Positions 30,453-41,600 of a DNA stretch of 64,000 nt are shown piece after piece (positions within the stretch are counted from its first letter, which is position 1; every line of letters starts with the position of its first letter). The notes under the pieces are model-generated. The model did not search any database, had not been told where the DNA came from, and saw nothing but the letters and a program-made list of their open reading frames with translations. A program made the position numbers and the translations under genes. Origin of the DNA: Candidatus Poribacteria bacterium (GTDB lineage Bacteria; Poribacteria; WGA-4E; WGA-3G); contig OZ243938.1 in NCBI GenBank assembly GCA_965214095.1, positions 2,944,001 through 3,008,000 on the forward strand, written 5' to 3'.

Positions 30453-32357
30453 TTAAGGTAAATTAGAAAAGTCCCACAGCAATATCGTACCATCGTTTCC
30501 ACCGCTTGCGAGTATCTTGCCATCTGGACTGAATGCCAAACTATCAACTGAACTGGTATGTCCCTTTATGGTTTTGATGTGTTCCCACGAGTTAACTTTC
30601 CAAACATGAATTCTGCTAGCTAAATCTAAATAATGCGTATCTCCACACACAAGTATGTTTTCATCAGGACTAAGTGCCACACTCTGGACACCATAGAAGC
30701 GTTCCAATCTTATCGTTTTGAGATGTTCGCCAGTGTTGATATGCCACAAATCGATTCTGCCGGTAATAGAACCCTCCTCACCGTCGTTCCATCCACCAGT
30801 GATAATCATATTTCCATCCAGAATGTAGATTAGACTGTTAATATTACCTATTTTTTCTTTGAAGGTTTCTTGGTGTTCACCTGTGTTGGCATCAAATAGG
30901 TCAATTACACCTCCACTAATTGCAATCGTATTTCCATCCGGACTGAAAACAATACTATTGACATAATTCGTATATTCTGTGAGAGTTTTGTGGTGTTTAT
31001 CGGAATTAATATCAAACATTCGGATTTCCTTCCCGCCACCACACACGATTACGTTGCCATCTGGATTGAAGTCAAAACCACTAACCGATCCTAGTTGTCC
31101 ATTGAGGGTTTTGCGGTGTACATAAGTGTGTGCATCCCATAGACGAATGGTATTATCATAGCTCCCTGATGCGATTTTGTTTCCATCTGGACTATATGCT
31201 ACGCGTGTGACACGTCTTGTATGTCCAGTGAGCGTTTTGATGATTTTTTTCGTGTTAGTGTTCCACAAGCGGATAGTATTATCGAGATTTCCGGCGACTA
31301 TAGTGTTTCCATCTTGACTATAGACCACACTGGTAACCGAATCGGAATAACCACCAATCGTTTTCAGAAGTTCCTTCGTATGTGCATCCCACACTCGGAT
31401 ACCATCCGAACTCCCACTTACAAATGTCATACCATCAGGACTAAATACTATACTCACAGCAGGAATTTCAATAAAATCGTTAAATACAACAGTGTTGGAA
31501 TCCCATACACGGATACCATCATCACCTGCACTGATGAGTGTCTTACCATCTGCACTGAAAACCACATCTTTGACCTGTGCAGTATGTTTGAGGGTTTGGA
31601 GTAGTACATTTCTGTGAGCGTTCCAGAGACGGACAGTTTTGTCATCACTCGCACTCGCAATTATGGTCCCATCTGGACTAAAAACTATACTGTTGATACT
31701 TTCAAACTTATCATGACCTATAAGAGTATTGGTAAGTTCACCTGTGTGAGTATTCCATAAGTAAAGGTTGTTGTCTCCACGTTGATTGCCACCCACGATT
31801 GTTTTTCCATCCGGACTGAAACATACACTCAAAGGAGCATACGGTCCTCCGAATGATTTGAGAAGTTCGTCTGTGTGGAGATGCCATAAATCGATTACCG
31901 GTGCAGTGCCTTCAGGAGTTCCACCGCTACTCACAATAGTATTTCCATCCGGACTGAATACGACACTGTTTATCCAATTAACATCTGAAGATAAAGTCTT
32001 GCGGCGTTCCCAAGTTTTGACATCCCATAGATAGACAAAACCATCTTGACTTCCTCCAACCATAGTATCTCCATCCAAACTGAATGCAACACTATTAATA
32101 TGACCTCCAGTTCCCGTGATTAATGTGATCTCCTGATATGTAGCCATATCATATATCCAGATACCGATACTTGCCGCCACTGCCAAATACTTACCATTCG
32201 GGGAATATGCAATCTCGTTTATAATACCTTTCCCGAGACGCGCAATTGCTCCCTCCGGCAAATTCATACGTGTAGTGTCAGCAGCAAATGTATTGAGTGG
32301 TAAGAACATTGGGTGAATAATGAACGTTATGAATAAAAGGATGGTGATTCTCTTCAT
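30453..32357 (-). CDS. Secreted WD40-repeat protein
   Basis: Signal peptide, LPEGAIARLGKG, about 14 FSPDG...WD repeats. Confidence 0.93.
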   Translation of the reverse strand: MKRITILLFITFIIHPMFLPLNTFAADTTRMNLPEGAIARLGKGIINEIAYSPNGKYLAVAASIGIWIYDMATYQEITLITGTGGHINSVAFSLDGDTMVGGSQDGFVYLWDVKTWERRKTLSSDVNWINSVVFSPDGNTIVSSGGTPEGTAPVIDLWHLHTDELLKSFGGPYAPLSVCFSPDGKTIVGGNQRGDNNLYLWNTHTGELTNTLIGHDKFESINSIVFSPDGTIIASASDDKTVRLWNAHRNVLLQTLKHTAQVKDVVFSADGKTLISAGDDGIRVWDSNTVVFNDFIEIPAVSIVFSPDGMTFVSGSSDGIRVWDAHTKELLKTIGGYSDSVTSVVYSQDGNTIVAGNLDNTIRLWNTNTKKIIKTLTGHTRRVTRVAYSPDGNKIASGSYDNTIRLWDAHTYVHRKTLNGQLGSVSGFDFNPDGNVIVCGGGKEIRMFDINSDKHHKTLTEYTNYVNSIVFSPDGNTIAISGGVIDLFDANTGEHQETFKEKIGNINSLIYILDGNMIITGGWNDGEEGSITGRIDLWHINTGEHLKTIRLERFYGVQSVALSPDENILVCGDTHYLDLASRIHVWKVNSWEHIKTIKGHTSSVDSLAFSPDGKILASGGNDGTILLWDFSNLP

Positions 32358-32390
32358 GTGAGAAGTCTCATAAACTACACTAATTTTGTC

Positions 32391-33251
32391 TTAACCCTTA
32401 TAGGCATAAGCACGGTGCTGAATCCGTAAATCAAAGTTATCATCCGGATCCCACGTCAACATATCGGAGGGCACTTCGTAAGTGAACTGTTCGGTGTCCG
32501 AGGAATATGGATTAGTACTACGTTCATGCAATGCACGTTGATACATTTTGCAACGTTGTGTCAAGAACTCAGTCTGCCACCACTTGTAATGAGTGTTCCA
32601 TCTCGGTGTCCGCTGGTCAAAGTAAATGACGCGACGGAGTGAGTCACTTTCATTGATTTTACTGCCATGCAAGACTTTCGTATGGTGCAGCAGAATATCA
32701 CCCGGTTCCACTTCAGCAGGCACAGCATCTGGACGATCAAAGTTCTCCATCCCCTTGTCAATTTCTTCCTGTGCTTCTTCAATTCCCCACAGATGACTTT
32801 TCGGTATCACCCATACACATCCGTTGTCCACTGTAGAATGATCAATGTATATATCAACGTTAAAGATCGGATGATTTTCTCGTATAGCATTGCCATCACG
32901 GTGCCATCGGACAGAGGATCCGTGTTTCGGCAACTTGAAGACAAGCGATTCGTAACACGGAATAAAATCGGGACCAATAATACGGTGCAGTAAGTCTCCG
33001 ATGAAGGGGTGACCAAGTAATCGGAGAGAAAATTCGTTTGGATGTGAATGTAGATAGGTAAGATAGTAAGGAATACCTTCGGGACCCCGCATGCACCATT
33101 CGTCTGCAGGACCACCATCTAAAATCTCATCAATCAGTCGTTGGCTTTCACCTTGTATAACAGCAAGTTCATCTGGTTGGATAACCTGTTTAAGAATAAG
33201 ATATCCGTTATCGTTGAAGAATTGTATTTCGTCATCAGTAATTTGTCGCAT
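32391..33251 (-). CDS. PhyH family dioxygenase
   Basis: WHRD, NGCVWVIPKSH, LHGS; likely start ATG 33251 (MRQITDDE) with aaggt RBS. Confidence 0.88.
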   Translation of the reverse strand: MRQITDDEIQFFNDNGYLILKQVIQPDELAVIQGESQRLIDEILDGGPADEWCMRGPEGIPYYLTYLHSHPNEFSLRLLGHPFIGDLLHRIIGPDFIPCYESLVFKLPKHGSSVRWHRDGNAIRENHPIFNVDIYIDHSTVDNGCVWVIPKSHLWGIEEAQEEIDKGMENFDRPDAVPAEVEPGDILLHHTKVLHGSKINESDSLRRVIYFDQRTPRWNTHYKWWQTEFLTQRCKMYQRALHERSTNPYSSDTEQFTYEVPSDMLTWDPDDNFDLRIQHRAYAYKG

Positions 33252-33309
33252 AGAGTTAATTACCTTATCAATTACGTGAGCAGTAAAAATGCTGCTCACA
33301 CTTATATTA

Positions 33310-33421
33310 TACCATTTCTATAAATGTTTATCCCATTAACATTTGTTAAGAATGTCTTGAAGGACTGCACAAACTGGCAGTTTATGCTACAAAAATGCGG
33401 CGTTTTCTATTAGAGATGGTA
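33310..33421. mobile_element. MITE family A (112 bp), copy 1
   Basis: TIR TACCATTTCTA/TAGAGATGGTA; TTA direct repeats at 33307-09 and 33422-24; internal REP palindrome. Confidence 0.9.
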
Positions 33422-34177
33422 TTATTTTCTCGATTTTATTTTTGCCCAAGTAGTCGTTAATTTGTCCTGTGCTTCCACAGCAAGTGCTTCATCCATGTGT
33501 CGCTTCACTTCCGCTTCAGTGAGTGCAACACTCCACATCTTCACTTCATCAACCGTTCCATTGAAAAAGTTGCTATTTCCACCATTCGCAGCTATGGACA
33601 TACCGTTAGCAGAGAAATCCATACGGGCAGCACCTCCAGAATCACCCTCCGCGTCCTTTACACCATCAAGATACAGTGTAGCTTTATTCTGATCCTGCGT
33701 TACCACAAGGTAATACCATTGTGGTTCAAAAGCATCGTAAGAGGATAATATTTCAAATTCAGCTGCCTTTGTACCAAGGTAGCATCCGAACAACACTGCA
33801 TTACGGTTGAACGTAAGATGTGGACGTCCACCACCATTAGCGCGATACATCAGATCTATTCTGCCTCCACCTACTATTCTTTCCGTAGGTTTGAACCACA
33901 TCTCAATTGTCATATCATCAGGTTCATCTAAGTTAAATGCTGGCACGGTAACCGCACCGTTATTGAATTTTAGGGCTTGTTCAACTATTCCTTCCACCCA
34001 TTCACCATTCTTGATAGTGCCTTCAAGCTTATTTTCTGATACGTCTTCTGTGGTGTCTCCATTACCTTCATCAAAAGAGAAATGGAAGATAATATCCTCA
34101 GCAGGATTTGCAGCATACCCAGTTGAATAGCAAAGTATAAGTGTTATTATTGTGAATAAACAAATTACATTTTTCAT
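33422..34177 (-). CDS. Secreted LamG/concanavalin-like protein with KLTTTW C-terminal tag
   Basis: Signal peptide, FSFDEGNG, TIEMWFK, FNGTVDEV, AVEAQDKLTTTWAKIK. Confidence 0.88.
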   Translation of the reverse strand: MKNVICLFTIITLILCYSTGYAANPAEDIIFHFSFDEGNGDTTEDVSENKLEGTIKNGEWVEGIVEQALKFNNGAVTVPAFNLDEPDDMTIEMWFKPTERIVGGGRIDLMYRANGGGRPHLTFNRNAVLFGCYLGTKAAEFEILSSYDAFEPQWYYLVVTQDQNKATLYLDGVKDAEGDSGGAARMDFSANGMSIAANGGNSNFFNGTVDEVKMWSVALTEAEVKRHMDEALAVEAQDKLTTTWAKIKSRK

Positions 34178-34213
34178 TGTATTTTCCTCCGAAATGTTAA
34201 TTTGAGTAACATT

Positions 34214-34242
34214 ATTTTACATAATACAGTGTTTTATGTCAA
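34214..34242 (-). promoter_or_regulatory. sigma70-like promoter for LamG gene
   Basis: Minus strand TTGACA, 17 bp, TAAAAT. Confidence 0.6.
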
Positions 34243-34322
34243 CTTCAGAGCAGTAAAAATGGGGTTATTTAGTTTTAATAAATTATCAACATCAGGATTT
34301 ACTGAAAGTTAATACTCAAAGC

Positions 34323-34420
34323 GGTAGGTGCGGTTTCCTAACCGCACCGAAACCTGTGAGAAAACCTATTATGAAAGGTGTTTGACACAAATCCGGTGCG
34401 GTTAGGAAACCGCACCTACC
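34323..34420. repeat. REPIN (inverted GTAG-REP pair)
   Basis: ggtaggtgcggtttcctaaccgcaccg ... cggtgcggttaggaaaccgcacctacc, perfect inverted arms. Confidence 0.88.
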
Positions 34421-34438
34421 TGCTTGGGGAATTTAGCA

Positions 34439-34586
34439 TTTGTCTGAACCAGGATTTGCAGGATTAGTAGATTTCTAGGATAAGAGTTTGAAACATCAAA
34501 GTGATAGTCAGAGAATAAACGTCAAACTGCGAATAGGAACTTTGGAAATCCAAACTCATAATCCTGCAAATCCTGGTTCAGACAAA
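34439..34586. repeat. 148-bp element with 28-bp perfect terminal inverted repeats
   Basis: tttgtctgaaccaggatttgcaggatta (34439-66) and taatcctgcaaatcctggttcagacaaa (34559-86); internal approximately 9-bp aggatt periodicity. Confidence 0.85.
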
Positions 34587-34677
34587 AAGGAATACAAACC
34601 CACAACAAAATAACGTTTGTGAATGATAATGAACAAAAATCCCAAAACTATATAACCCTGCATTCTGCTTTTCTATC

Positions 34678-34706
34678 TTGATATATACGCCAAGACCTGC
34701 TATAAT
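34678..34706 (+). promoter_or_regulatory. Extended -10 sigma70 promoter
   Basis: TTGATA, 17 bp, TG-c-TATAAT upstream of ATG 34746. Confidence 0.65.
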
Positions 34707-34745
34707 GTTCTTAATGAAATTCCAAAAATAGCAAGAGGAAAGATC

Positions 34746-36954
34746 ATGAAACGTTTCCAAACCAAACAACGATCACTAAATGCATGTCTGATAGCCGCGA
34801 TTGTACATCTCTGCCTCGCTATTCTACTTACCTTCTTCTATTACAGTCATCTTAGTCATGAAATTGATGATGTTGTTGGGATAGAATTTGTAGAAATGGA
34901 AGAAACATTAAGAAAACACCGCACGATAAAACGTCCACCAAAGAAAAATCCAACGCAAGAATCAAAAAACATCTCTGAATACCGACCACAACATAAGGCA
35001 CTGTCAGCTTCTGCCAATTTATTTGATGAGACTGTGCGTCCATCAGAAAAAATACTCACACATAGTGCCACTGAAACTGTATCTAATACCACAGAACTCC
35101 CCGACGTAACAACGCAGTCAAAACACCTAAATAGTCGTGCTGCTGCAATTGCTAAATCCGTTCAAAGTCCTTATGAAATAACATCTGGTAAAGGAAAGGA
35201 AAACCTTAGACAACGTGTTAAAGGGGATGGAGAAAGTGGATTCCATCGGCTTGAGTCCAAAGGAGCATCTGAAATAGGGGGTATTGGTGATGGATTAGGA
35301 CAAGATGGAAGCGACGGTGGAGATGGAACAGGAGATGGTGGTGGTGGGAAGAATCCTTTTGGGGATGCACTAAAACAGATCGCAGATCATATTATCAGCA
35401 CACGTACAACTGACAAGGTGAATATCGTTTTTGTGGTTGATACCAGCGCGAGTATGCGTGACAACATACAACAGGTCGCAGATAATCTGTATACAATGAC
35501 AGATGCGTTTGACACAATCAACCTTGAATACTATTTAGGCATGGCCGAATTCAGTGTCCGTCGAGAAGGGCAAGAGATTAAAACGCGTGCATTATTACCC
35601 GATGTCGCACTCCTGAGAAGACGGATGAAGGAAGTAAAATTGAGTGGAGATGAAAATGCTCTTGACGCACTCTTTGAAACTTTTAACTTTATTCAATTTC
35701 ATGCGGATGCAGATAAACATTTGATTCTCGTCACTGATGAACCAGCTTCTACCAGTTACAGAGCAGAAGGTGGAAAGGATACCATGCGAAATAAAGTGAT
35801 CGATCAAGCTAAATTTGAGGATACACGTGTCAATGTACTCGGACATCCTGAACCCTTTCAACAAAATTTAGCAGAAGTCACTGGCGGTATATGGCAAGCA
35901 ATTCCAGGTAGTGAATACAATCCTGCTGCACTCCCAAGCAATCGTGCAGGAAACCAAAAGTTTTTGAAAGTTTTCAGGGATATTGCTGTTGATATACGGA
36001 AATCTGGGGGCAGATCACTATTCAGTCTTGACCTAAAGTTCACAATTGACTTGGAAGATGGTGAATTTTCCGTAGATCAAATAAAGAAAGTCGTCCGAGA
36101 CAACGGGTTGGATTTCAAGCCACAACTGTTCCTATCCGAAAATGTCAAAATCCTAAACAATCCTGTCAGTGAGTTATGGGTTATTGCTGACCACGAGAAC
36201 GGAGAAATGTTCACTATCAACAGAGATGACACAAAATTATATGTCTATGATGGGGTTTTGCCTGAACAGTGGAGTTTGGATGAAGACGCAATTGCACGCA
36301 CACAAACACAAGGAAAAAGATGGGTACTCACCAATCTGGCAAAAAACCAAGTCTATACTTTCATCAGAGGAAACGACCACATGCAGGTGTTTGCGGGAGG
36401 ACAACCCGGTTCAGCTTCAAACCCCAATGCAGAACCCATTGTAGATATTATGATAATGTTAGATTACAGCAGAAGTATGGGTGGAAAGTCACAAGCGATC
36501 ATGCTTGGATTAAGCACGCTTCTTGGAAGATTAGATATATTTCCACTTAAGTATAGAGTCGGACTTATGAGATTTGCAGAAGCAAAAGACGCAATAAAGA
36601 CTATTGACGGTGTTGTTGTCAGTCAAATGCCACTTAACGAAATCGTCATTGAAACCCTAATGGAAGACCCGTTTGGTGGAGATGAACATCTGATTGATGC
36701 TATCGTGGAAGGGTCTACCTCAGGTGAAATTTAGTCCTTACGCAAAGCGATTCCTACTAATTTTGACAGATGAACCGACAACCGGCAAGTATCCTGCTGA
36801 ACAAGCATTGAAGACGTGTAAATCTTATGGCACTATGGTGTATGTTGTAGGTCATCCACAGGAAGATGACTTTCAAACGAAACTCGCGAAAGAGACCAAA
36901 GGACTTTTTTTCACTATGCCAAGACACCTGGATAAGGATTACCTGAATCAGTAA
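34746..36954 (+). CDS. Membrane-anchored double-VWA protein; single-base frameshift near 36712
   Basis: N-terminal TM (AIVHLCL), Gly-rich linker, DTSASM and DYSRSM MIDAS motifs; removing one G from gaagggtcta joins the 36694-36954 ORF (LTDEP), completing VWA2. Confidence 0.82.
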
Positions 36955-37004
36955 TTATGATACCATTTTTTATTGATAGTATTTCATTAACAAGAAACAA
37001 GTTA

Positions 37005-37116
37005 TACCATTTCTATAAATGTTTATCCCATTAACATTTGTTAAGAATATCTTGAAGGACTGCACAAACTGGCAGTTTGTGCTACAAAAATGTGGTGTTT
37101 TCTATTAGAAATGGTA
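37005..37116. mobile_element. MITE family A, copy 2
   Basis: Same 112-bp sequence; TTA repeats at 37002-04 and 37117-19. Confidence 0.9.
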
Positions 37117-37119
37117 TTA

Positions 37120-37141
37120 GTAGTCGCGCAATTCATTGCGC
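37120..37141 (+). repeat. GTAG REP hairpin
   Basis: GTAG-tc-gcgcaat-tc-attgcgc. Confidence 0.6.
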
Positions 37142-37225
37142 CTCTTATATTCTTTGCCACCGTGCAAACCTATAATCTAATAATGAGATATTTTTTCAGA
37201 AATAGTATAAGAAACGAGGAATTTA

Positions 37226-37744
37226 ATGGCAACATCTACAAGCACACAACAACATAGAGAAATCGCAGCGGAACAGGGTCCTGTTTCTGTTGCGATTGTA
37301 ACAGTCAGCGACTCACGCACACCAGAAACAGACACAAACGCTGCTTTTCTACGCGAACAACTTGAGGCAGATGGAAATAGCGTAACTGCATATCAGATCA
37401 TAAAAGACGAACCTGACCAAGTGTCTGATGTATTGGACACAATGGCAGAAACTGACGCGCAGATAGTTATCTTCAACGGTGGCACAGGTATTGCACCACG
37501 CGATACAACCTTTGATGTTCTCGATCGCAAATTAGAAAAGACATTGCCAGGTTTCGGTGAACTTTTTCGCATGTTCAGTTACGACCAAGTTGGTGCTGCT
37601 GCGATGTTGTCACGTGCAACGGCAGGTGTCTATAAAGGGAAAGTGGTTATCTCCACACCAGGATCAAACGCTGCTGTGCGGTTAGCGTGGGAAAAACTTA
37701 TTGGTCCAGAACTTGAACATCTGGCTTGGGAAGTTGGGCGATAG
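37226..37744 (+). CDS. moaB: Molybdenum cofactor biosynthesis protein MoaB/MogA
   Basis: [35 protein letters not shown]. Confidence 0.92.
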   Translation: MATSTSTQQHREIAAEQGPVSVAIVTVSDSRTPETDTNAAFLREQLEADGNSVTAYQIIKDEPDQVSDVLDTMAETDAQIVIFNGGTGIAPRDTTFDVLDRKLEKTLPGFGELFRMFSYDQVGAAAMLSRATAGVYKGKVVISTPGSNAAVRLAWEKLIGPELEHLAWEVGR

Positions 37745-37752
37745 TCTATAGA

Positions 37753-38610
37753 CTATAACATCTCGCGTGTAAAGGTATATATTTCTCGCAACCACGATCC
37801 ATAATAAATCCCGTTCGCATAACAGAAATAGATAACTTTCAAACCAACAACACAGATCAAACAGAGAGATAACAACGTAAGCAGACTATAATCCAATCCC
37901 TTCATCTGTGAAGTGCGTAATGATGTCCGCTGTGTCGCAGTTTTCGGTGAAAATCCACGACTTTCAACCGATTCACCAAGGTTTGTCGCGTGCCGTATGT
38001 TTCCTGCCAATATAGGACGAAAACTATTGATGACACCCCGCACAGATGCAAATAGATTGAACCGTAGATAACGGAATCCTCTCAATCTCTGTGAACGCAG
38101 GACAGCAATGGCTTCAGAAGCAATCACTGGAATGAAATGTAATGCAGTTGTTACCATAAAAGCAAGTGCACCCGGCACGCGCAATTGTGACAATGCAAGC
38201 AGCAGATCACGCGGTTGTGTTGTCCACACAATGTAGCATCCTATCACAAGCGTGGTATTGAAACGTAGTGATTGAATGATACCGTGATACAATCCCTCAC
38301 GATAAATTTGAATACCACCTGTCCACTTACCGATGAGCGGAAAATCAGCGGGAACGAGTGTAAGCAAAACTGTGCGGGGAAATGCGTTATAGAATATGCC
38401 TTGACTGTATATCAGTCCCCATGTAGTAAAGAAAAGGAATATCAGCAATAATCTAATCTGCTTAAGGGTAGGGATAGAAGATGCAACGAGGAGGATACTT
38501 GCCAGAAAGCAAACTAATAATGCGGATGGACTGTCCAGCAAAATAACAAGACAACCGCATATCATCACGATGAGTATTTTTGTCCGCGCTTCCAGTTTAA
38601 GATTCTGCAT
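37753..38610 (-). CDS. ecfT: ECF transporter transmembrane (T) component
   Basis: ARTK start, ALHFIP, SQRLRG and ESRG arginine motifs. Confidence 0.85.
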   Translation of the reverse strand: MQNLKLEARTKILIVMICGCLVILLDSPSALLVCFLASILLVASSIPTLKQIRLLLIFLFFTTWGLIYSQGIFYNAFPRTVLLTLVPADFPLIGKWTGGIQIYREGLYHGIIQSLRFNTTLVIGCYIVWTTQPRDLLLALSQLRVPGALAFMVTTALHFIPVIASEAIAVLRSQRLRGFRYLRFNLFASVRGVINSFRPILAGNIRHATNLGESVESRGFSPKTATQRTSLRTSQMKGLDYSLLTLLSLCLICVVGLKVIYFCYANGIYYGSWLREIYTFTREML

Positions 38611-38620
38611 TGTCTGCCTT

Positions 38621-41600
38621 CTATTTCCGTATCAACATCTTTCGTGTTGATGTGTATTCTCCAGCGGTTAGGGTGTAGAGGTAGATTCCGCTTGCGACGC
38701 GTTCACCTTGTGCGTTGCGACCATCCCAATACGCTGCACGAGACTGATGTTCATAGATACCAGCCTGTCTATGTCCCAACGCCAATGTCTGTACTAGCGC
38801 ACCGTCAATGGCATAGATATGCAGCGTGACTTCAGCAGGTTTTGCTAAGTGATACGGTATCCACGTCTCAGGATTGAACGGATTTGGATAGTTTGCTAAG
38901 AGTGCGGTTTTTTTCGGTAGTAAGGTTTCAAGCAGTTGCTCAAGCACACCAATTCCTCTCAGGAAGGTTGTATCTTTGTTGGTGAGTTGTTTCGCTTCAT
39001 CAATCCATCTTTTTAGATTCTCTGCAGTCATTACTGCTGCTGGTGCTGTAGGTGCGTTTTCTAATGCTGCCATGACCAATGCTAAATCATCACTATTGAT
39101 AACTCCATCTCCGTTTACGTCTGGATTTGGGTATGTGCCTTCGGGTGGAGTAGTGCCGATGGTTGCAGCAACTAATACGAGATCCATCACATCTACGACT
39201 CCATCAACATTGACATCTTCTGTGACATGGTTTTCTGGCAAGACGGCTCTTGCTGTGAAGGTAAGTTGAGAATTAATACCTTCTGCAGTCACATTAACAG
39301 TGATTATGCCAAGTTTCCATCCAAATCGGAGAAAAGTTTGTGCTCTACCGTCTGCATCGGTCATAATGGTGGTATCAGTCAGTTCTGCATCACCATCGGT
39401 TATAGAAAATGTAACCTTCACTCCCTCTTTTGGCTTCCCGTTAGCATCACGATATTCCACAACAAAGGGTGAAGGCAGTGTCCTCCCCACGAGTTCTTCC
39501 TGTTTATCACCAGATATCAGATGGAATTCTGGGTGAGTAATATTATCAAAAGATACTACAATTCCTCTTTCCTGCATAGCAGGGATGTGTGTGCGTATTG
39601 AATCATTATTCAGTGGATTGTTTCTAATATCTAGCCCCGTGCTATTCCACTGTGTTCCTGTAAGGTTTAATTTCACCAGGGGTGATACATCCGAGATGTT
39701 GTTGTTGTCTAGAAGCAAGGTATCTAGTTGTGTCATGCCTTGCAAAGGGGACACATCCGAGATGTTGTTGCTGGATAGTCTCAACTGAATCAGTTGTGTC
39801 ATGCCTTGCAAGGGGGACACATCCGAGATGTTGTTATTTATAAGTAATAAAACTTCTATATTTATGAGTTTTATGAATGCAGATATATCTAATATGATAT
39901 TATTACTAAGTTCTAACCACACAAGTTGTGTAAGTCCGGCAAGTGGAGATACATCAGAGATAGAATTACTTGCCAGAGCTAATTGTGTTAATTGTGTCAT
40001 CCCAGCAAGTGGCGAAATGTCGGATATTTTATTGCGGCGTAGCCCCAAACTTGTGAGTTGTGTAAGTTCTTTGAGTGGTGAAATATCCGAGATATTGTTG
40101 CTGTCTAAACTCAGATTTGTGAGTTGTGTAAGTTCTGCCAGTGATGTAATATCCGAGATAGAATTACCTCCCAGATTTAATTGTGTTAATTGTGTCATGC
40201 CAGCAAGTGGTGAAATATCCGATATGTTGTTATTTATAAGTGATAAAACTTCTAGATTTATGAGTTTTATGAATGCAGATATATCAGATATTGAATTGTG
40301 AGAAAGGTTAAGGGTTTTCAACTGAGTAAGTGCATTTAGTGGTGATGAATTTGATATAGAATTGCTTGTAAGATCCAGATAAGTCAGATGCGTAAGCTTG
40401 GCAATTTCGGATAAGTTGAGTTGTGAACTATAGGCTACATTAAGGTAAACTAATTGTGTCAGAGATTGAAGCGGCGAAAAGTCAGTTACGCGATTGTTAT
40501 TGACCCAACCTTGTCCATTTATGTATTCAGCACCAAGTATAAGAGCTGTGAGGTTATAGGCATACTCAAGTCCAGTCAGGTCCTGAACATTAGAATTTGG
40601 CATATATAGATAGGTTAAGTTTATCATGTCTCCCGCAGTTACCTCCGCATTCGCGGGTAAGTTCAAAGTTCCCTTAATCTTGGCGAGAAGATTCTTATCT
40701 GGTATTTGAACAACTTGCTTAGTGTCAAATCCTGTAATAGTAAAATCTAAAGCGTGGGGGATTTCCTTAACTTGCGCTCGAACTTTGTTTTCACCCGGGG
40801 TTGAACCTATCTTAAACCCACTATGAGCATTACCGCTATGGTTAGTCACACTCTCAACCTTGTATGGACTACCACCGATGGGGGTCAAGGTAAGTGTAAC
40901 AGGTACACCAGCAAATGCAATGCCGTTCTCATCTAATACACTTACGTAGACCACAGCATTACCACCTATTGCGTGCCGAGAAGCAGATTCATTTTGTATT
41001 TCAGTAGGGATCCGGTTTTCGAACGATACAGATGTTCCGTGCGTCTGTAGAAGAGGAATATGTGTATTGAGTGAAGCATAATTCAGTAGATTACCGCTTA
41101 GATTAAGTGTTTTTAATTTGAGTAACTGTGTAAGGGTTGAAACATCACTAACGTCATTATTCTGAAGTGACAATGTATCTAATACTGTGAGTTGACCAAG
41201 TGCTGTAACATCTGACAATTGATTGTTGTTGAGTGACACTGTTCTCAATTTCGTCAATTCTGCAAGTCGTTCTACATCAGTGATGCTATTATTGTTGAGG
41301 TATAGGGTAGTAAGATTTGAAGCATACTCTAATCCTGTAAGATCGTTGATGTTTGCATCGTTTGCCTTGAGTCGTGTCAATGTCAACATATCTCCGACTG
41401 TGACACTCTCATTGATAGGTTTTCCAAGTGTTTCAGTTATATTTGTATGAAGGTTTTTATTTGGAATATTCACGGTCAAATCAATCGAAATAGCAGTAGC
41501 AGTAAAGGTTACGGGTTCCTCAATATGTACAGCGGTGACTTTGACAGTCGCATCTCCCTGTTCTTCTCCAAATGTTAAGTATCCTTGTGCTCTCCCTTTT

